A stretch of 60,961 nt of DNA, counting the filler, from Sphacelaria rigidula (lineage: Eukaryota), in assembly GCA_964200075.2 (NCBI GenBank). It is 8 parts of 8 records of this genome, joined end to end, with 100 filler letters (N's around TTAATTAATTAA, not from the genome) between each part and the next. Parts side by side here need not be neighbours in the genome. Positions count along the whole stretch, not along the records: positions 38,166 to 45,697 come from CAXNAA020014468.1; positions 45,798 to 53,329 come from CAXNAA020014469.1; 6 more parts are not named here. One strand, written 5' to 3'. The translations under genes and the position numbers were made by a program. The first letter of the stretch is position 1. Each line of letters begins with the position of its first letter. The notes under the pieces are model-generated. The model made no database searches, had not been told where the DNA came from, and saw only the letters and a list, made by a program, of their open reading frames with translations. Below, one piece after another: positions 38,719 to 51,499 of the stretch.

Positions 38719-40191
38719 ATGCCTGCGGCGACGAGGTCGTCGACTGAGGGCACTCCACGCGGGCACGGCCGCGGGGGCGCCCGAACTACACGGCGCGCGC
38801 CCGGTAGATCGGGGTCGACTGGGGACACTCCACGGGGGCGCGGCCGCGGGGGCGCCCGCACTACCCGGCGCGCGCCCGGTAGATCGGGGTCGGGGCGTGC
38901 ACCACCCAGGGCGCGGTCGACCGCACCTCTACGCGGGGAGGGTCCGCTCACGGCAGCCGAGGCAGCCGAGGCAGCCGAGTTGTGGGCGCGACTCGAGGAG
39001 ATGCAAGACGAGCGCGATGCGGCCGCGGTGGAACGCGACGAGGCCCGTAGCACGGTTAAACAGCTTCAGGCCCTGGAGGCAGACCGCGCGGCGGCAAAGC
39101 CACCAGCGACGCCGGGGGACCGCCGTCGCGAGAACGAGGATTTTGACGCTGGCGAAGGATGGCCTGCGGTCCACGATTTGACCCAGCCGCGTGTTTCAAT
39201 CGCGTCGACGTCGCACGTCCAACAGGCTCGTGCGAAAGAAAGCATAAAAGCGTGGTACAACCCGACAATGATGAAGTTGTGGGTTTTGATCGAGGAGCGT
39301 TCGACCGTCAGCGGGTTGGAGACGGCGGAGATGCAAGCGGTGTTGCATGAGATCGTCAAAGTTACCCCCGCCGTCATGGAACAACTAAACTCCATGAGTG
39401 AATTTCGCGTGCGGCTGTACGTGGCGGAGAACGACGACCCACGCGTCACCAGCACGTCGCTGTACGAGCACCTGGAGATACTGATCGAGGCCATCATGAC
39501 GCTCCTCTCCCTGGGTATCGAGTCGGACGACGGACGCGTCCGTCTGGAGATTCTTCCCGAAGCCATGTAGGAGGGCGCTACGCTGTTGCGGACACACTGC
39601 CGCAAATCGCCCGCCAAGATGTTGGAGCCAGAGGTATGCGCCACGATGAAGTCCCTCGTTGATGATGACCTGGGTCGATGGTCTTCGAGCCTGTTTACTA
39701 GCGCTGTCGCATTCCAGCGGCAGCACCCAACGCCTCCAAATATCGAGGAAATGCCTCCGGTGGTGACGCCGCAGTGGACTTTCCTGCGCAACTTTTTTTA
39801 TAGCGTGGGACTTCGGGGCATCTGCATCCGCACCTCTTCCCTACTATCGCCGACCAAGCGTTCCCGCTCCGGAAATAACCAAATTCGTGACCGACACTGC
39901 TTCGTGGAGATGAAGGAAGGAGTTTGCCGTCGCCGGAACTGCCCATGGGAGCACAGCAAGAAAGCAAACCGTCGATCCAGCAACGGGGGCGACGTTCCTC
40001 GAGCTAGCGACGGGGGAGGCGGCGGCGGGGGCAATGATCGCACCGGTGGCACTGGTCGCGCCGGTGGCGGCGGCTTGAAGACCGGGGGAACCAACAACCG
40101 CCCCAACAACCAGAGCGCCGGGGGTGGCACTGGTGGACGCGGTAGTGGCGGTGGGGGCGGCGGCGGCGGCGGTGGTGGAGGCCGCAACTAG
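38719..40191 (+). pseudogene. gag-like ORF1 with coiled coil, CCCH zinc finger and Gly-rich tail; internal TAG at 39568
   Basis: ORFs 38719 and 39586 are in the same frame; CFVEMKEGVCRRRNCPWEH is C-x8-C-x4-C-x3-H; 75-bp tandem repeat at ~38739-38890. Confidence 0.75.
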
Positions 40192-42502
40192 GGGTGCGGG
40201 CCTCGCCTCGAGGCGGGGCCAACCTCGGACCAGCACGTGGTTTCCGTAGAAGGCGAGCAGGCGGGAGGACCGAGGTCGGCGTTGAGCGAGCAACAAGGTG
40301 TGGCTGGGGATGTGGAAGAATGTGTGGTAGCGTTAAAACGGTTAGCGCGCTCAGCCGATCCTCAATCAACCTATACAGCACTCCATAATGTAGCAGCAAA
40401 AAGCCAATGTTTTTTGGAAGACAAAAGTGGTTCGTTTAGCAGTATGCTTGAAACTCTGACTGTATTGCCCGTTACCCGCGTTGATGTATCTCTGTTTCGG
40501 CGTTGGTTTGGCGAAGTGAAAGAGTTTCCCGACATAGATCTGTTGGTGCAGATTGTCAGTATCGGGGCACCGGTTACGGTACGTGGGCGGGGAGGTTTGG
40601 TTGCGGCGCTCCAATATGGAAACCATAGTTATGTCAGACCATGTTCTTCGGAAATTTTGGCAAAAATTGTGGAGGATGTGTTACTTGGGAGAGCACTTGT
40701 TTTTCCACGTCACGCAGCTGCTGCTATTCCAGGTCTTCGCGTATCACCTATGACGGTCGCTGTCTCCCCGTCAAAGGTTCGCATTTGTCATGATTTGTCT
40801 AACGCTATGTCTGGAAACAGTGTAAACGAAGATACTGATACATCTGTGGTACGGGAGTGTAAAATAAGACATGTGTTCCGCAATGTGGCGTGGCGAATTC
40901 TGTACCTTCACGGAAAATTCGTTGCCAATGTCGAACCCCCCTCCCCGATTTCTGCTTGCCAAAATGGATACCTAGAGTGCGTTCCGTCAAATTCAAGTCG
41001 ATGTGGATAAGACGCCGACGTTTGGGTACGTGTCCGAGGAATTTGTAATAACAGACCGGTGTCTTCAGTTTGGATGGACTAGTTCGCCTGCGTTGTGGGG
41101 GGTGGGCGCGGCAGCTGTCCAGCACGCGCACAACAACACGACTTTCCAAAACGCAGAAGTCACAGAGGAAGGCCGTGCAGCCGCTAGACATGTACGCGTA
41201 GAGCCACCTCGAACAGACGACGTGCGCGCCGAGTTGCCACGAGATTATGTTTATCCCCCGGGTGTGGGCGGGGGGCTGCGCGACAAGTTTTGGGTAGAGA
41301 CGTTTGTGGATGACGCGCTGTTCGTGGAGGCGGAGAGTTTTTTGGCAGGCAGGCGGTGTCTTCGCGCTACCCGGTCCTTTGCTTCTGACAGTTTTCGTTT
41401 GTTTGGTAGTCGTCGGGAACCTGGAATGCCTCCGTTGTTTACGCGCGAAGAAACGATGTCGTGGGACACTCGCATGGAAATGTTGGGGTGGACGATTGAC
41501 ACAGTAGCGATGACCATTTCCGTCCCACAGCGCAAGATTGAGAATCTGCGGGGCATTCTAGACCAATGGCCAGTCGACAGGAAGAAAGCGTCGGTTAAGG
41601 AAGTGCGATCGTTGGTGAGAAAGCTTCTGCACTTGTGTGAGGTCGTGAGACCGGGAAAGTTTTTCGTGCGGCGTATCCCCAATCAACTAGGTCTAGCGCC
41701 ATTCACGGCAGGCGAAGCGGCGGACGAAGGATTCGTAGCAAGGCGCGCACAGCACCGGGGATGCGTTCGGCTGGGTCCAGAATTCCATGATGACCTGGCT
41801 TTTTGGAGGTTGATTTTGGACATGGCTACAGGGGTAGACGGTGTGACTCGGTTAAAAGCACCTCTGTCGTGCTGTTTTCTGCAGCTTCCAAGCTTGATAA
41901 TCATTAGCGATGCCAGCGGGGATGCCATGGGAGGATACTGTTTGGAAAGCGAGAAATGGTGGAGGATAAATTTCACTCCGGATGTACGTGCACGCCTCCG
42001 TACCCGTGTGCTTTCTAGAGACGACTTGTCGATGAACGTTTTCGAGCTGCTGGCTATGGTAGTGACGGCGTGGGCGTTGACTGTGCATGCTGGGGAACGA
42101 CCGGAGTACCCCGGGCAGAGTGTCTTGATGCGATGGGACAACATGAGCGCTGTTCACTAGGTAAACAAATGTAGGGGGGCGAAAGAGCCACGGTCGGGGG
42201 CGCTCATGCGAATGATGGGCGTGTTGGAAATGCGAAATGGGTGGCGGTTCCGTGCGAAACACACCAAAGGGGTAGCGAATACTCTTGCCGATGGTATCTC
42301 GAGGTCGGACCGTGCTGACATTGCTCGTAACTTGCACTCTTTTCGGTCCGACATTTGTTGGCAGGAACAGCGGCTCGGGCAAGAAGCTCTGGGCCTTACT
42401 TTCGCGGTCTTGGCGTCGAGCTCGTCGGAAAGTCAATTGCGGCTTCGTCTAAACGAAATTACGAAGCGGGTTTCCGGTCTTGGTGTCTCTTTCGCGGGTT
42501 GA
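40192..42502 (+). pseudogene. Reverse transcriptase / RNase H (pol); frameshift near 40945 and stops at 40973 and 42158
   Basis: RT motifs KVRICHDLS, LAKMDT*SAFRQI, LQFGWTSSP and FVDD; RNase H motifs SDASG, NVFELLAM, DNMSAVH and HTKGVANTLADGISR. Confidence 0.93.
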
Positions 42503-43521
42503 TAGGCCGGGATAAGTTTTTCGGCGCCGACGCATCGGTCGAAGAGATGACTTGGGATTTGGTCGATTTTGCGGCGTGGTGTTTCGATTCCCAAGGGAGC
42601 GCAGCTAGTACGATATCGGGCAAGTTTGCGGCGGTGCAGTATTTTCATAGGATGTAGATACAAGTAGAAGTCGTCACCACGTCTCCGGTGTTGAAGTGTG
42701 CGTTAAAAGGGATTGCGCGATCGCATGCTGACACAGGCACGTGCCGTCGAACTCGCCTTCCGGTCACATGGCAGATGTTGTTGGACGGAGAATGTCTGAT
42801 CCCATCGTGGGGCGTTGGGGGAAAGGTGCTGTGGCTTTGCTTGAGCTTGAGCTATTTTCTGCTCACACGGTCGGACGAGATGTTTGCGAGTACGTCGGGA
42901 GTGGTACATTCAGTTCATTGTCTTACACGTAGGGACGTGGCGTTTTTTTTAGGGGATACTCAGCTGGAGTATTCGCAGTGGCGCCAGGCTGACAGGATAA
43001 AGATACATTTCCGGGGCCACAAAGGGGATCAGGAGCAGAGGGGCGAAGTAAGGGTCCGTACGCGAGAAGAAGTTCGTGGTCCGCATGCGGGGTACAGAGC
43101 AGACGGCGGTGCAGTTGCTTTGATGTCGGAGTTGTTGTCAAGCTACGCGACATTGCCCGCAGACGCTCCACTGTCTTCTTACCGCTATGGTCGGGGGGTC
43201 AAAGTATGGAAGTACAACAAGGCATTTCGAGCGTTGAGAGAGGTGGTCGAGAAGTCGGGTGGCGACCCGAAAGACTTTGCTTTACACTCGTTGAGGATCG
43301 GAGGGACATCCACTATGTTAGCAGGGGGAGAAATATCAGATCGAGTAGCGCAGAGGGAAGGAAGGTGGAAGTCAGATGCATACAAGGCGTACACTGTAAA
43401 CAACATAGAAGACTCGCGACGAGTATCGCGTATCCTTGGAGATAGGAAAAGGGGAGTTCGTAGACACCCAGGGGAAGGAGCTGTGTGGGGGGGTTACAAG
43501 AGGCGGCGAATTCCGATGTAG
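42355..43521 (+). pseudogene. Tyrosine recombinase overlapping the RNase H end; internal TAG at 42655
   Basis: SAM-like N-terminus SSKRNYEAGFRSW; catalytic R (LTRSDE), K (GHKGDQ), HxxR (HSLRIGG) and Y (GRWKSDAYKAY). Confidence 0.93.
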
Positions 43522-43539
43522 TGAAAAACTCCACGACCT

Positions 43540-44426
43540 GAATGGTAGAGTACCATTTGGGGACTTGGTCGTTTGAGATTTTCACGTACATTAGGAGCGT
43601 TTATGTGTCCCCCTGGTTGTTCTAAGGGAGAGAGAGACAGTTTTCATGAGCAGAGACACGATAGTTTATGGCAGAAGGGTTTAGAGATCGTGCCCTGCAA
43701 GCAGTCGTCTCTCTCTCTTGCCTTCGGGCCCGAAAATATTAATGAAAAAGGCAATTCGAAAAAAAAGCAATAAAGGGGAGGTTTGTTCAGAAAGAAGCAA
43801 ACCGTCGTTTATTGAAAACATCGAATAGGCCAAAGAGGCGTCTATTAGTTCAGCCGGTCTTTTAGGATCACGGAGGAACAGTCAAATAGTCAGCCGCCTT
43901 TTTATTTTTTCAGTCGCTTTTTGAGGGTCACGGAGGAACAGTTGAATAGTCAGCCCCAAACGTTCACTCTGCGGGAAAGTCCACGGATAGTCAAAACAAG
44001 GAGACCCAAATCAGCGTAGGTTGGAAACACAAAAGGTGGACAGAGAGAGCATAGAAGGAGTTGGGCCAGTTCGACTGGGGTCAACAAGTTTTATCGATTG
44101 GGGGCGCCTTTTTCCCGCCCACCAACCCGTCTTCTTTCGAAGGTGGAAGGGAAGGGAGAGGGATTGCTTGATTAGGGTGAAGGAATGGTAGATTGCCATT
44201 TGGGGACTTGGTCGTTTGAGATTTTCACGTACATTAAGAGCGTTCATGTGTCCCCCTAGTTGTTTTAAGGGAGAGAGAGAGGGACAGTTTTCATGAGCAG
44301 AGACACGATAGTCTTTGACAGAAGGGTTTAGAGATCGTGCCCTGCAAGCAGCCGTCTCTCTCTCCCTCTTGCCTTCGGGCCCGAAAATATTAATGAGAAA
44401 GGCAATTCGAAAGAAAAGCAATAAAG
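43540..44426 (+). repeat. Split direct repeats B1 (43540-43775) and B2 (44183-44426) around a 407-bp putative A2
   Basis: gaatggtaga.t.ccatttggggacttggtcgtttgagattttcacgtacatt ... aaagcaataaag occurs twice; both copies end at AATAAA. Confidence 0.92.
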
Positions 44427-45275
44427 TCAAGGATTCACCACACAGCCCTGTCACCATGCGTGCTGTACTGCGATATTACAGTACGAGTATTGCATACGAA
44501 CATACAGTAATGTGCCGCAAAATACTACACGCCTAGTGCACAGTCTAGTCCGGTATGTTATGGGATGGCGACGCACAGGTCACTGTCGCGTGCTGGGCTG
44601 TGCTGTTGTGTCTGTACTCGAGTGCCATGTAGCCACCGTCATGTAATGTGCTGAACAGTGAACTGCACGTCCCGGCAGTGTTGGACGACAGACAGTACCC
44701 AACACGGCTTGCTATGGAGCGGTCCCAGTCAGTACACAGTACTGTTTGCTGCGGAGTGGTCTTCCGTCGTGCGCTGCACTGGACTGTATCGTAAAGTGCT
44801 GTCCTGTACTGATGAGGGTGCTCCGCCATAACGTGCGGGGTCGTGTGCGAGGACCACAGATAACACGCCGTGGAGTGCTGCTCGACAGTGTCGTGTGTAG
44901 TACTCGACTGTAATCCATGCCGGTGTTATGTACTGGAAACGATCGCGAAGCGCACGTCACGGAGCTGCCCTCCGGTATTCTGTAAGGCACCGGACTGCTT
45001 TCTACTTCGCTGCACCGTTCCGCAAGGGGGCGTGCACCTTCCCCTATCACGTGCTGTTCGTTATCATCATGTGCATCTGCATCCGGTGCTGCACTGTATA
45101 CTATAGTGTTTGCCATTACATCACTGTCCTGTAGTGCACGATATGGCCGGGATCCAAAAGAAGGCACTCCGGTGTGTTGGTCATTGCCGTGGTGAACGCA
45201 TCGGTAGGCGGCCCTGACTGTTGGAAGCTTCGTGGCGCCCGTCCTCACCCGCTGGCGTCCACAGTTTACCTCCAG

Positions 45276-45612
45276 GTCTGTCAACATGAACACGCCCTGC
45301 GAGAAACCTCGCCGGATACGAAGTGAAGGGTCACCAACTTTAGGTTTCTCCAGTCAAGGACTGCCGACCGAAGGGTCATCCAGTGATGGGTTGCCCAGTC
45401 GCGGCTCCCAGACCGACGGGTTACTCCCTGAGGGGTCACTCATTGAAGGGTTTTTCACGGAAGGATTTGGAATAGAGGAGTGGGATGACAGCGAGTCGGG
45501 GGATAGCAGGAGCTCGCCGGGCTCAGCGGGTGAAGATGCAGGATCCGAGTCGGGTTACGGCTGGTCATCGGACTCGTGTTGCGATCACGAGGGGCGCGGG
45601 GGCGGGGACGAG
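45276..45612 (+). CDS. Probable host exon with 15-bp (xGxxx pentapeptide) repeats
   Basis: ctccAG| acceptor and GAG|GTGATC donor; EGSPT LGFSS QGLPT EGSSS DGLPS RGSQT DGLLP EGSLI EGFFT. Confidence 0.4.
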
Positions 45613-46007
45613 GTGATCAGACACTCGGCACCGGTTACACTCGCGTGAAGGGTGTACTCATGATCATGCTTGCCATAGTCATCAGACCATTGACCTCNNN
45701 NNNNNNNNNNNNNNNNNNNNNNNNNNNNNNNNNNNNNNNNNTTAATTAATTAANNNNNNNNNNNNNNNNNNNNNNNNNNNNNNNNNNNNNNNNNNNNAAG
45801 GGAGGGGGGGGCAAGGGTCAAACAACAAAGGAAAGAAAAAAAAAAGAACCCCCCCCCCCCCCCCCCTTCCCTCCCGTACCCCCATTGAGCTATACGGACT
45901 TAAAATTGACTACGTCGCGGTTAACGTGTAACATGTCGTGCATTCCACACCATTTTGTTTCGCTTTGTCGTGTAACAATATATATATATATATATCTTCA
46001 TGTGCAG

Positions 46008-46166
46008 GTGGCCAAAGCTATCGGAAGGGTGGGACCCCAGAAAACGGAAGAGCTAGAGTTACTCGAGAAACTTGTCGTGGCCAGGGAAAGGGACGACACC
46101 AGCAACAGCAGCGGCGATTGCATCAACAGCGCCAGCAACGCCAGCAGTAGCAACGGCACGGCTTGA
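46008..46166 (+). CDS. Probable terminal exon of an unknown gene
   Basis: tgcAG|GTGGCC; VAKAIGRVGPQKTEELELLEKLVVARE...NGTA*. Confidence 0.5.
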   Translation: MAKAIGRVGPQKTEELELLEKLVVARERDDTSNSSGDCINSASNASSSNGTA

Positions 46167-47303
46167 CCGAGAAACACGAAATAAATAGAGAAAGGGAAGA
46201 AGGGACAACAAGGAGAGACGTTATCAATGAAAATCAATCAGGTTGTGTCTACAACCAAGCCATATACACACATCAGCACACCTGGACAGTTGAGAACCAA
46301 TTCCCTCCTACAGATAGATCTGTCCACAGAATTCACTGCAGATCACTTACAAAATTCATCTGGAGAACCTCAGGTAGCGCAGACTCTACGAATGCCCCGT
46401 CTGTAGATCTACGGAGATCCGATGGATCGTTGCAGGACTTTACCTGGTCATTTGTGCCGTAGTCAGGGGTTTATATGGTGAGGAGGCGTGCGCAAGGTGC
46501 GGCAAAAAACAAGAGAGGGGACGAGGGAAGAAGAGGAGGAGGAGAGGAGGAGAGGTGAAGAAGTTTTTTTTCAGCGGGGAAATGGGTTGAAGCGTACCTA
46601 AAACGTACTTTTATTGTCAGACGGGCGTAGACGCTTCAAGTCGAGCACTTCTTCGCACTGGTGCGACTACTCTATGATAGGTATGAGTGTTTGAACGTGA
46701 AGTGTACAGATGTGATGTAAGAATAGTACTCGCAGTGCTGTCCTGACTCACGATCAAGGAAGGAACAGGTCAGTGAGATGCACAATGGTGTTATGTTTGG
46801 TGTTTGGAGTCGCGGTTGTTGTCTCATATTATAATACAGGTGTGTACATATTTCAGGTTTCAGATACTTTTCTTTTCTTTTTCTCCAACTGTAGCAGTAA
46901 ACGACACGATGACGCTTCCGTCATCATCTATTCATTTTTGAGCGTTCTCTTCTTTTTGTACGCTTTTCCTGCTCTCGATTTTGAGTTGTGAACTCTCGGA
47001 TGGATACACTCAAGCCTCCTCCTGCTGCGGTCGAAACTGCCCTTCCATCGTCAGTTATAGGTGTATATGGGCTCGCCACGACCTTTGATGGTTTCTCGTA
47101 GAATTCTATTGCTGGTGATGTTGTAAATGGGTTTGGGATTGTCATCGATCGACTGCGTTTACGTTATTTTTGTTGTTGCTTGTGGATAGCGTTCGTGGCT
47201 GGTCGGTACGTGCGGTTGCTATATAAAGACAGTGGTACGTGGCACATTTTCGAAGAAATACGTGAAAGCCAGGAGTGATTTGTTGCTTTTGATTGTTCTG
47301 GGA

Positions 47304-47370
<67 letters not shown>

Positions 47371-50300
47371 TGTTATTGTTGTTGCTGCTGCTGCTGTTGC
47401 TGCTGCTGTTGTTGTTGTTGTTGTTGTACAAAAAATGAATACACCGATACACGTGGTTAATATGTTTCTCCTGCCGAAACGTTGTCATGGGTATTATCAA
47501 GAACGGGGGGGGGGGGGGGGGGGGCGTACTCAGTTGTTGCTTGCCTTAGTCGTTTGACCATTGACCACGCATCCCTTTCGAGACGGAGCATCAAGAACGG
47601 GGGGGGGGGGGGGGGTCAAACTGGGCGCAAGGCACAGTGACATACTAGCCGACGAGGGATACAAACACGCACGAAAGAGAGACAGAGAGTCAGAGAGACA
47701 GAGAGGGACAGAGGACACGCACTACAAGGAAGACAAAGTAGGAAACGAAAACAAAAACTGTAATGCCTCTTATACTCCAGTACCTACCCGAAATACGGCG
47801 TATGCATTCGATCATACATCGTATCCCCTCTCTCTCTATTTGTTTTGCTTGTCTCACGCTCTACCCCGTCCTCTTCCTCGGGATGAGTCCGCAGTATCCA
47901 AGGATCAGCCCATCTCTCCCCGCTTCACATTTTGGTATCGAGTCTTTCTACGATCGCCATCCCCCAACACCAGCCCAAAACTGCCACAAAAAAAATGGCC
48001 ATACAGCGCGTGATGTTCGGTTTCAGGCTGCGTGAAGCGCCTCATATGGGCGACATTGATGAAAACGAACCCAACTGTGGGAATTCCCAGCTGCTCGTTG
48101 TGCTCAGCTTTTTTCATATCGAATTATGTGCAGATTTTGCCCCCCCAAACACGCCACGTTCTCAGGAGATGGGCCATCGTAGAAAGACGCTATCGCGGAT
48201 TAATATTTGATCACCACTTTCGCACCGTATTGACTGTATAGTCGAACAAACTCAATCAAACCGACTCTTTCTGCTACTCACGTCCTCACGTACGTATTCA
48301 GCGAGGGAAACCAGAAACATTTGGGGGAGGAAAGAGCTACGTAGACGTGTCTGGCAGGAATAAAAACCCGCGTTTTGTCCGACCTACTGGTGTCAGCTGT
48401 ACCATTAGACCTCCAGTAAGCGATTCTTGGACTATGGAAGGTCAGCCGAAAGATGGCCGTTTGTTGGCCGATGTCATCTTCTCGCGCACTCGTGGTGGTG
48501 AATTAATTACACAGCCTTCCTTGCGCTATGTATGTTGATATCCGGTCCGGAAAACAATTGGAATTATTCAATATCTCCAGCAAAGCATAATGAAAAAAGA
48601 GAAGGCTATCGATTGCGATACAGGTATATCTGATAATGCTGCCACGTACTGCACTACTACTCGTCGGGGAGTGGAGGAATTCTGAATTATCTCTTTGAAT
48701 AAGTTATGGGCTAGAAAACGAGGAATACACGCGTATGTGCGGGGCAGCACGCCACAGTACAGTACAAACCACCACGATCATCGCACGAAGAAACAGCATA
48801 ATAAGTTATTTTCGCCTCGGTTTCTCGAAGACCCGCGCTCCTAGTAAAAAGTCGAAGAACCGCGTGCGTGTCGGCGACATATGTCGGGATAAACACGAGG
48901 TCATTTACCAGTGCAGGTCGTATCCCTGTGGTGACGGGCTTTGTTAAAACGTCGCCCAGCACGGGATGCAAAAGCGGGGAACGATTTGTTTTTCATGGAA
49001 AACGAACTGCAAGGTCGAAATTTATGGTAATATCGGTAAAAAGTAACAAGGGTCGGACGAATTGACGATTCGTCTGTGAATTACTTGATTTCAGTGTGAT
49101 GGATTCATGCCGTATGGATCAATCCTTGACCTTTGTTTTGAGCATTGTAGCCCGGGTATGCGCGGCCCAAGGGCGTGGAATGACGAACACATTGCGTGGG
49201 AAATATTTCGACCAGCGGCAACTTTTTGCTCTCTTTCGAGCAATCATGTGTAATGGGGTTACGGTGCTGTTTATGGCAAGCACAGGCTCACTAGGCGAGG
49301 CGAGGGGCCAGTCCGCAGACTGAGCAGCCAGGCTAGACAACAGACATCGCCTCACATAGACGTGTCCAAAAGATACCAACATTTCACGCGTAGGTAAATG
49401 TTATCACTTCTTGCTTGGTCGCAACCTTCCAGTATCCAATAACTCAATCCATTCTCTCACGCTCAATCAGTCACACCGGTGTTAGACTTCTTTGCTGGAA
49501 GAGGGGCGCAGACGGTAGTGCTTGGATGCGGTACGGTGCATCCAAGCACCTCCTATTCTATCCTTGCTATATACAAGTTCACACTCGTATCTGACCAACT
49601 CTGAACGGACCTGCAGTCTTAGAAATACCAGAACTGCAATATAAAGCCGGGCTCATCGACGAGTCTGAGGCGGCATGACAACAGGCTAGTATGCTTCCTC
49701 ATGACACTAACCCACCCAGACCAACCTTTATTACAGTTGCGAGGATTTATCCTCAAAGCAGCGAAAACTAAGGTTTCTATTTATTCTATGATAGTGGGCT
49801 GTTTTTTACCGTTCTTGCTTCTTTATGTGTGCATCCCCTGAACATGTTTTAATATCTCTACTCCAAGGTACGTTTATCGGTCTACGATCGGCAGTTCCTC
49901 TTTTCTTCTTTTCTATTTCAATTCTACCGGGTTTTCCTTATGCGGAGATCGCCATATGGACATGTGCGGAGAGATTTCCTTTTATGACGTATAACCTAGT
50001 GAGCGGCGGTTACAGGGGTAGCTCGCTGGAGCCGCGAAACTCCCATATATGTGTAGCGGGATCTGGGACCCCAATGTAACGAGGATCTTCCCAGTTAACT
50101 GCTGGCTATCCCTGGGGATCACTTCTTCGACTCTGTCTTCGGGCTAACTCGCTCGCGCTCGTCGAGCTTTCCCGAGTGATCTACTTGCCTCAACCCCACG
50201 ACTTATGGTCAATCCTTGACTGCATACCACGAGAAAAAACATCGGCCACCTTCGACGGTTCCTACCGTCACCGGGAGTCTCACGATCTCCACATTGGCTG

Positions 50301-51499
50301 ACACCAGTTTATTAGACACGTATGCGAGGTACACTAGATATTTTTAGCTTGGGCAGATACGGCGACACCTATTACACCGGTCGAGACGCTCATGTCGAGC
50401 ACAAACATCAAGACGTTGCTTGGACGCCAGGGACACCAGCGCTGTTCAAGGAGTGCAGTAGAAGGTAAAATATATGGGTCATGTGCACAATGATTTGAGT
50501 TGAAAGGTCAGAGTGGTCATGTGTTCGGGTCAGCGCGAAATCAGCCTCTTCTGTAGGGTGCATCACATGTCACCCGCATGGCTTGTCAAATTGCGAAACC
50601 ACACCTAACAACTCACCTCTCACCACCGCATAGTACTAGAGGCACGGCAATCAATCAAGCAGACCGACCTCTAGAAACGCGGTGATCCCAAAGAGCACTG
50701 AAAGAAGTAGTACCCAACTTGCGAATGCACTACGTTATCACACCATCCCATTTAGTCAAGCGCAAGGTGTAAATACGGTTTTGCCGCATCTCACAGCTCG
50801 GGAATCGAACGCTCGTTCTCTGCACCCTGATGGCGACAGTCAGACCATCAGATCACCGGGGCGCGGCTTAGTATACAGTGAAAAATACCCCCCCCCTCCC
50901 CAGTTCCAGTACTTGCGTCCCCACTCTAAGGTCAAGTGATGTGTTTTGTTCAGGATTTACTGTGCTGTGGACACCATCACACTTCCCCCCCCCCCTCCAC
51001 CCCTCGGCCAGCTCAAACTGAGGATAATCGAGTGGGGGTCGAGGGCTTTCTTTTTTGCCTACCCCTTGGTTACTACAACGAATCTGAGCTTCGTGTTAAT
51101 GGAACGCGGTGCCACAAAAACAAGTAGTTGACACTGTAGGTAGTAGGGGCGGCATGTTAAATAATGCCTGCGTGGGACATCTGCTTGTCGCAGTGAATGC
51201 AGCAGGACGATATCCGCGGGACGAGGCCATGTTTATATACTACTGTACAACAGGTGCATATAATACGGAAGAATAGTAGTAATAGTGCGGAACAAAAACA
51301 AAATCGGCAGTAGTCACATACATACCTCCGCTGAACACCCTCCGAAATCTCGGGCGACTATCAGATAAGTGACCGAACCATATTTCCGAAAAACATTTTT
51401 TGGCATTTTTCGGTCCAACGTTTGACCTTGCCCCGTGTTCAAAAGGATCGTTGATTCCAAATCGGATCTACCCATTTTCACTTCAAAAGGTCATCTGGT

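Larger units (their letters stand above)
38719..44426 (+). mobile_element. Tyrosine-recombinase (DIRS-order) retrotransposon, Ngaro/PAT-type with split direct repeats; mutated copy
   Basis: Order is gag, RT/RNase H, then overlapping YR, followed by B1(43540-43775)-spacer-B2(44183-44426) direct repeats; no protease or DDE integrase. Confidence 0.92.

Noticed and set aside
39066-39791. 241-aa antisense ORF and other minus-strand ORFs over the retrotransposon
   Set aside because: Shadow ORFs of GC-rich coding sequence with no recognisable motifs.
39568-42657. All five in-frame stops in the YR element are TAG, suggesting amber recoding
   Set aside because: They replace different expected residues (K in D.KSAF, W in SAVHWV), there is also a frameshift, and the tRNA-like gene has no CUA anticodon. 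Ordinary decay explains four of them; only 40189 has readthrough context.
48500-50480. Possible LTR/integrase remnant
   Set aside because: No motif or terminal structure I could support with confidence.
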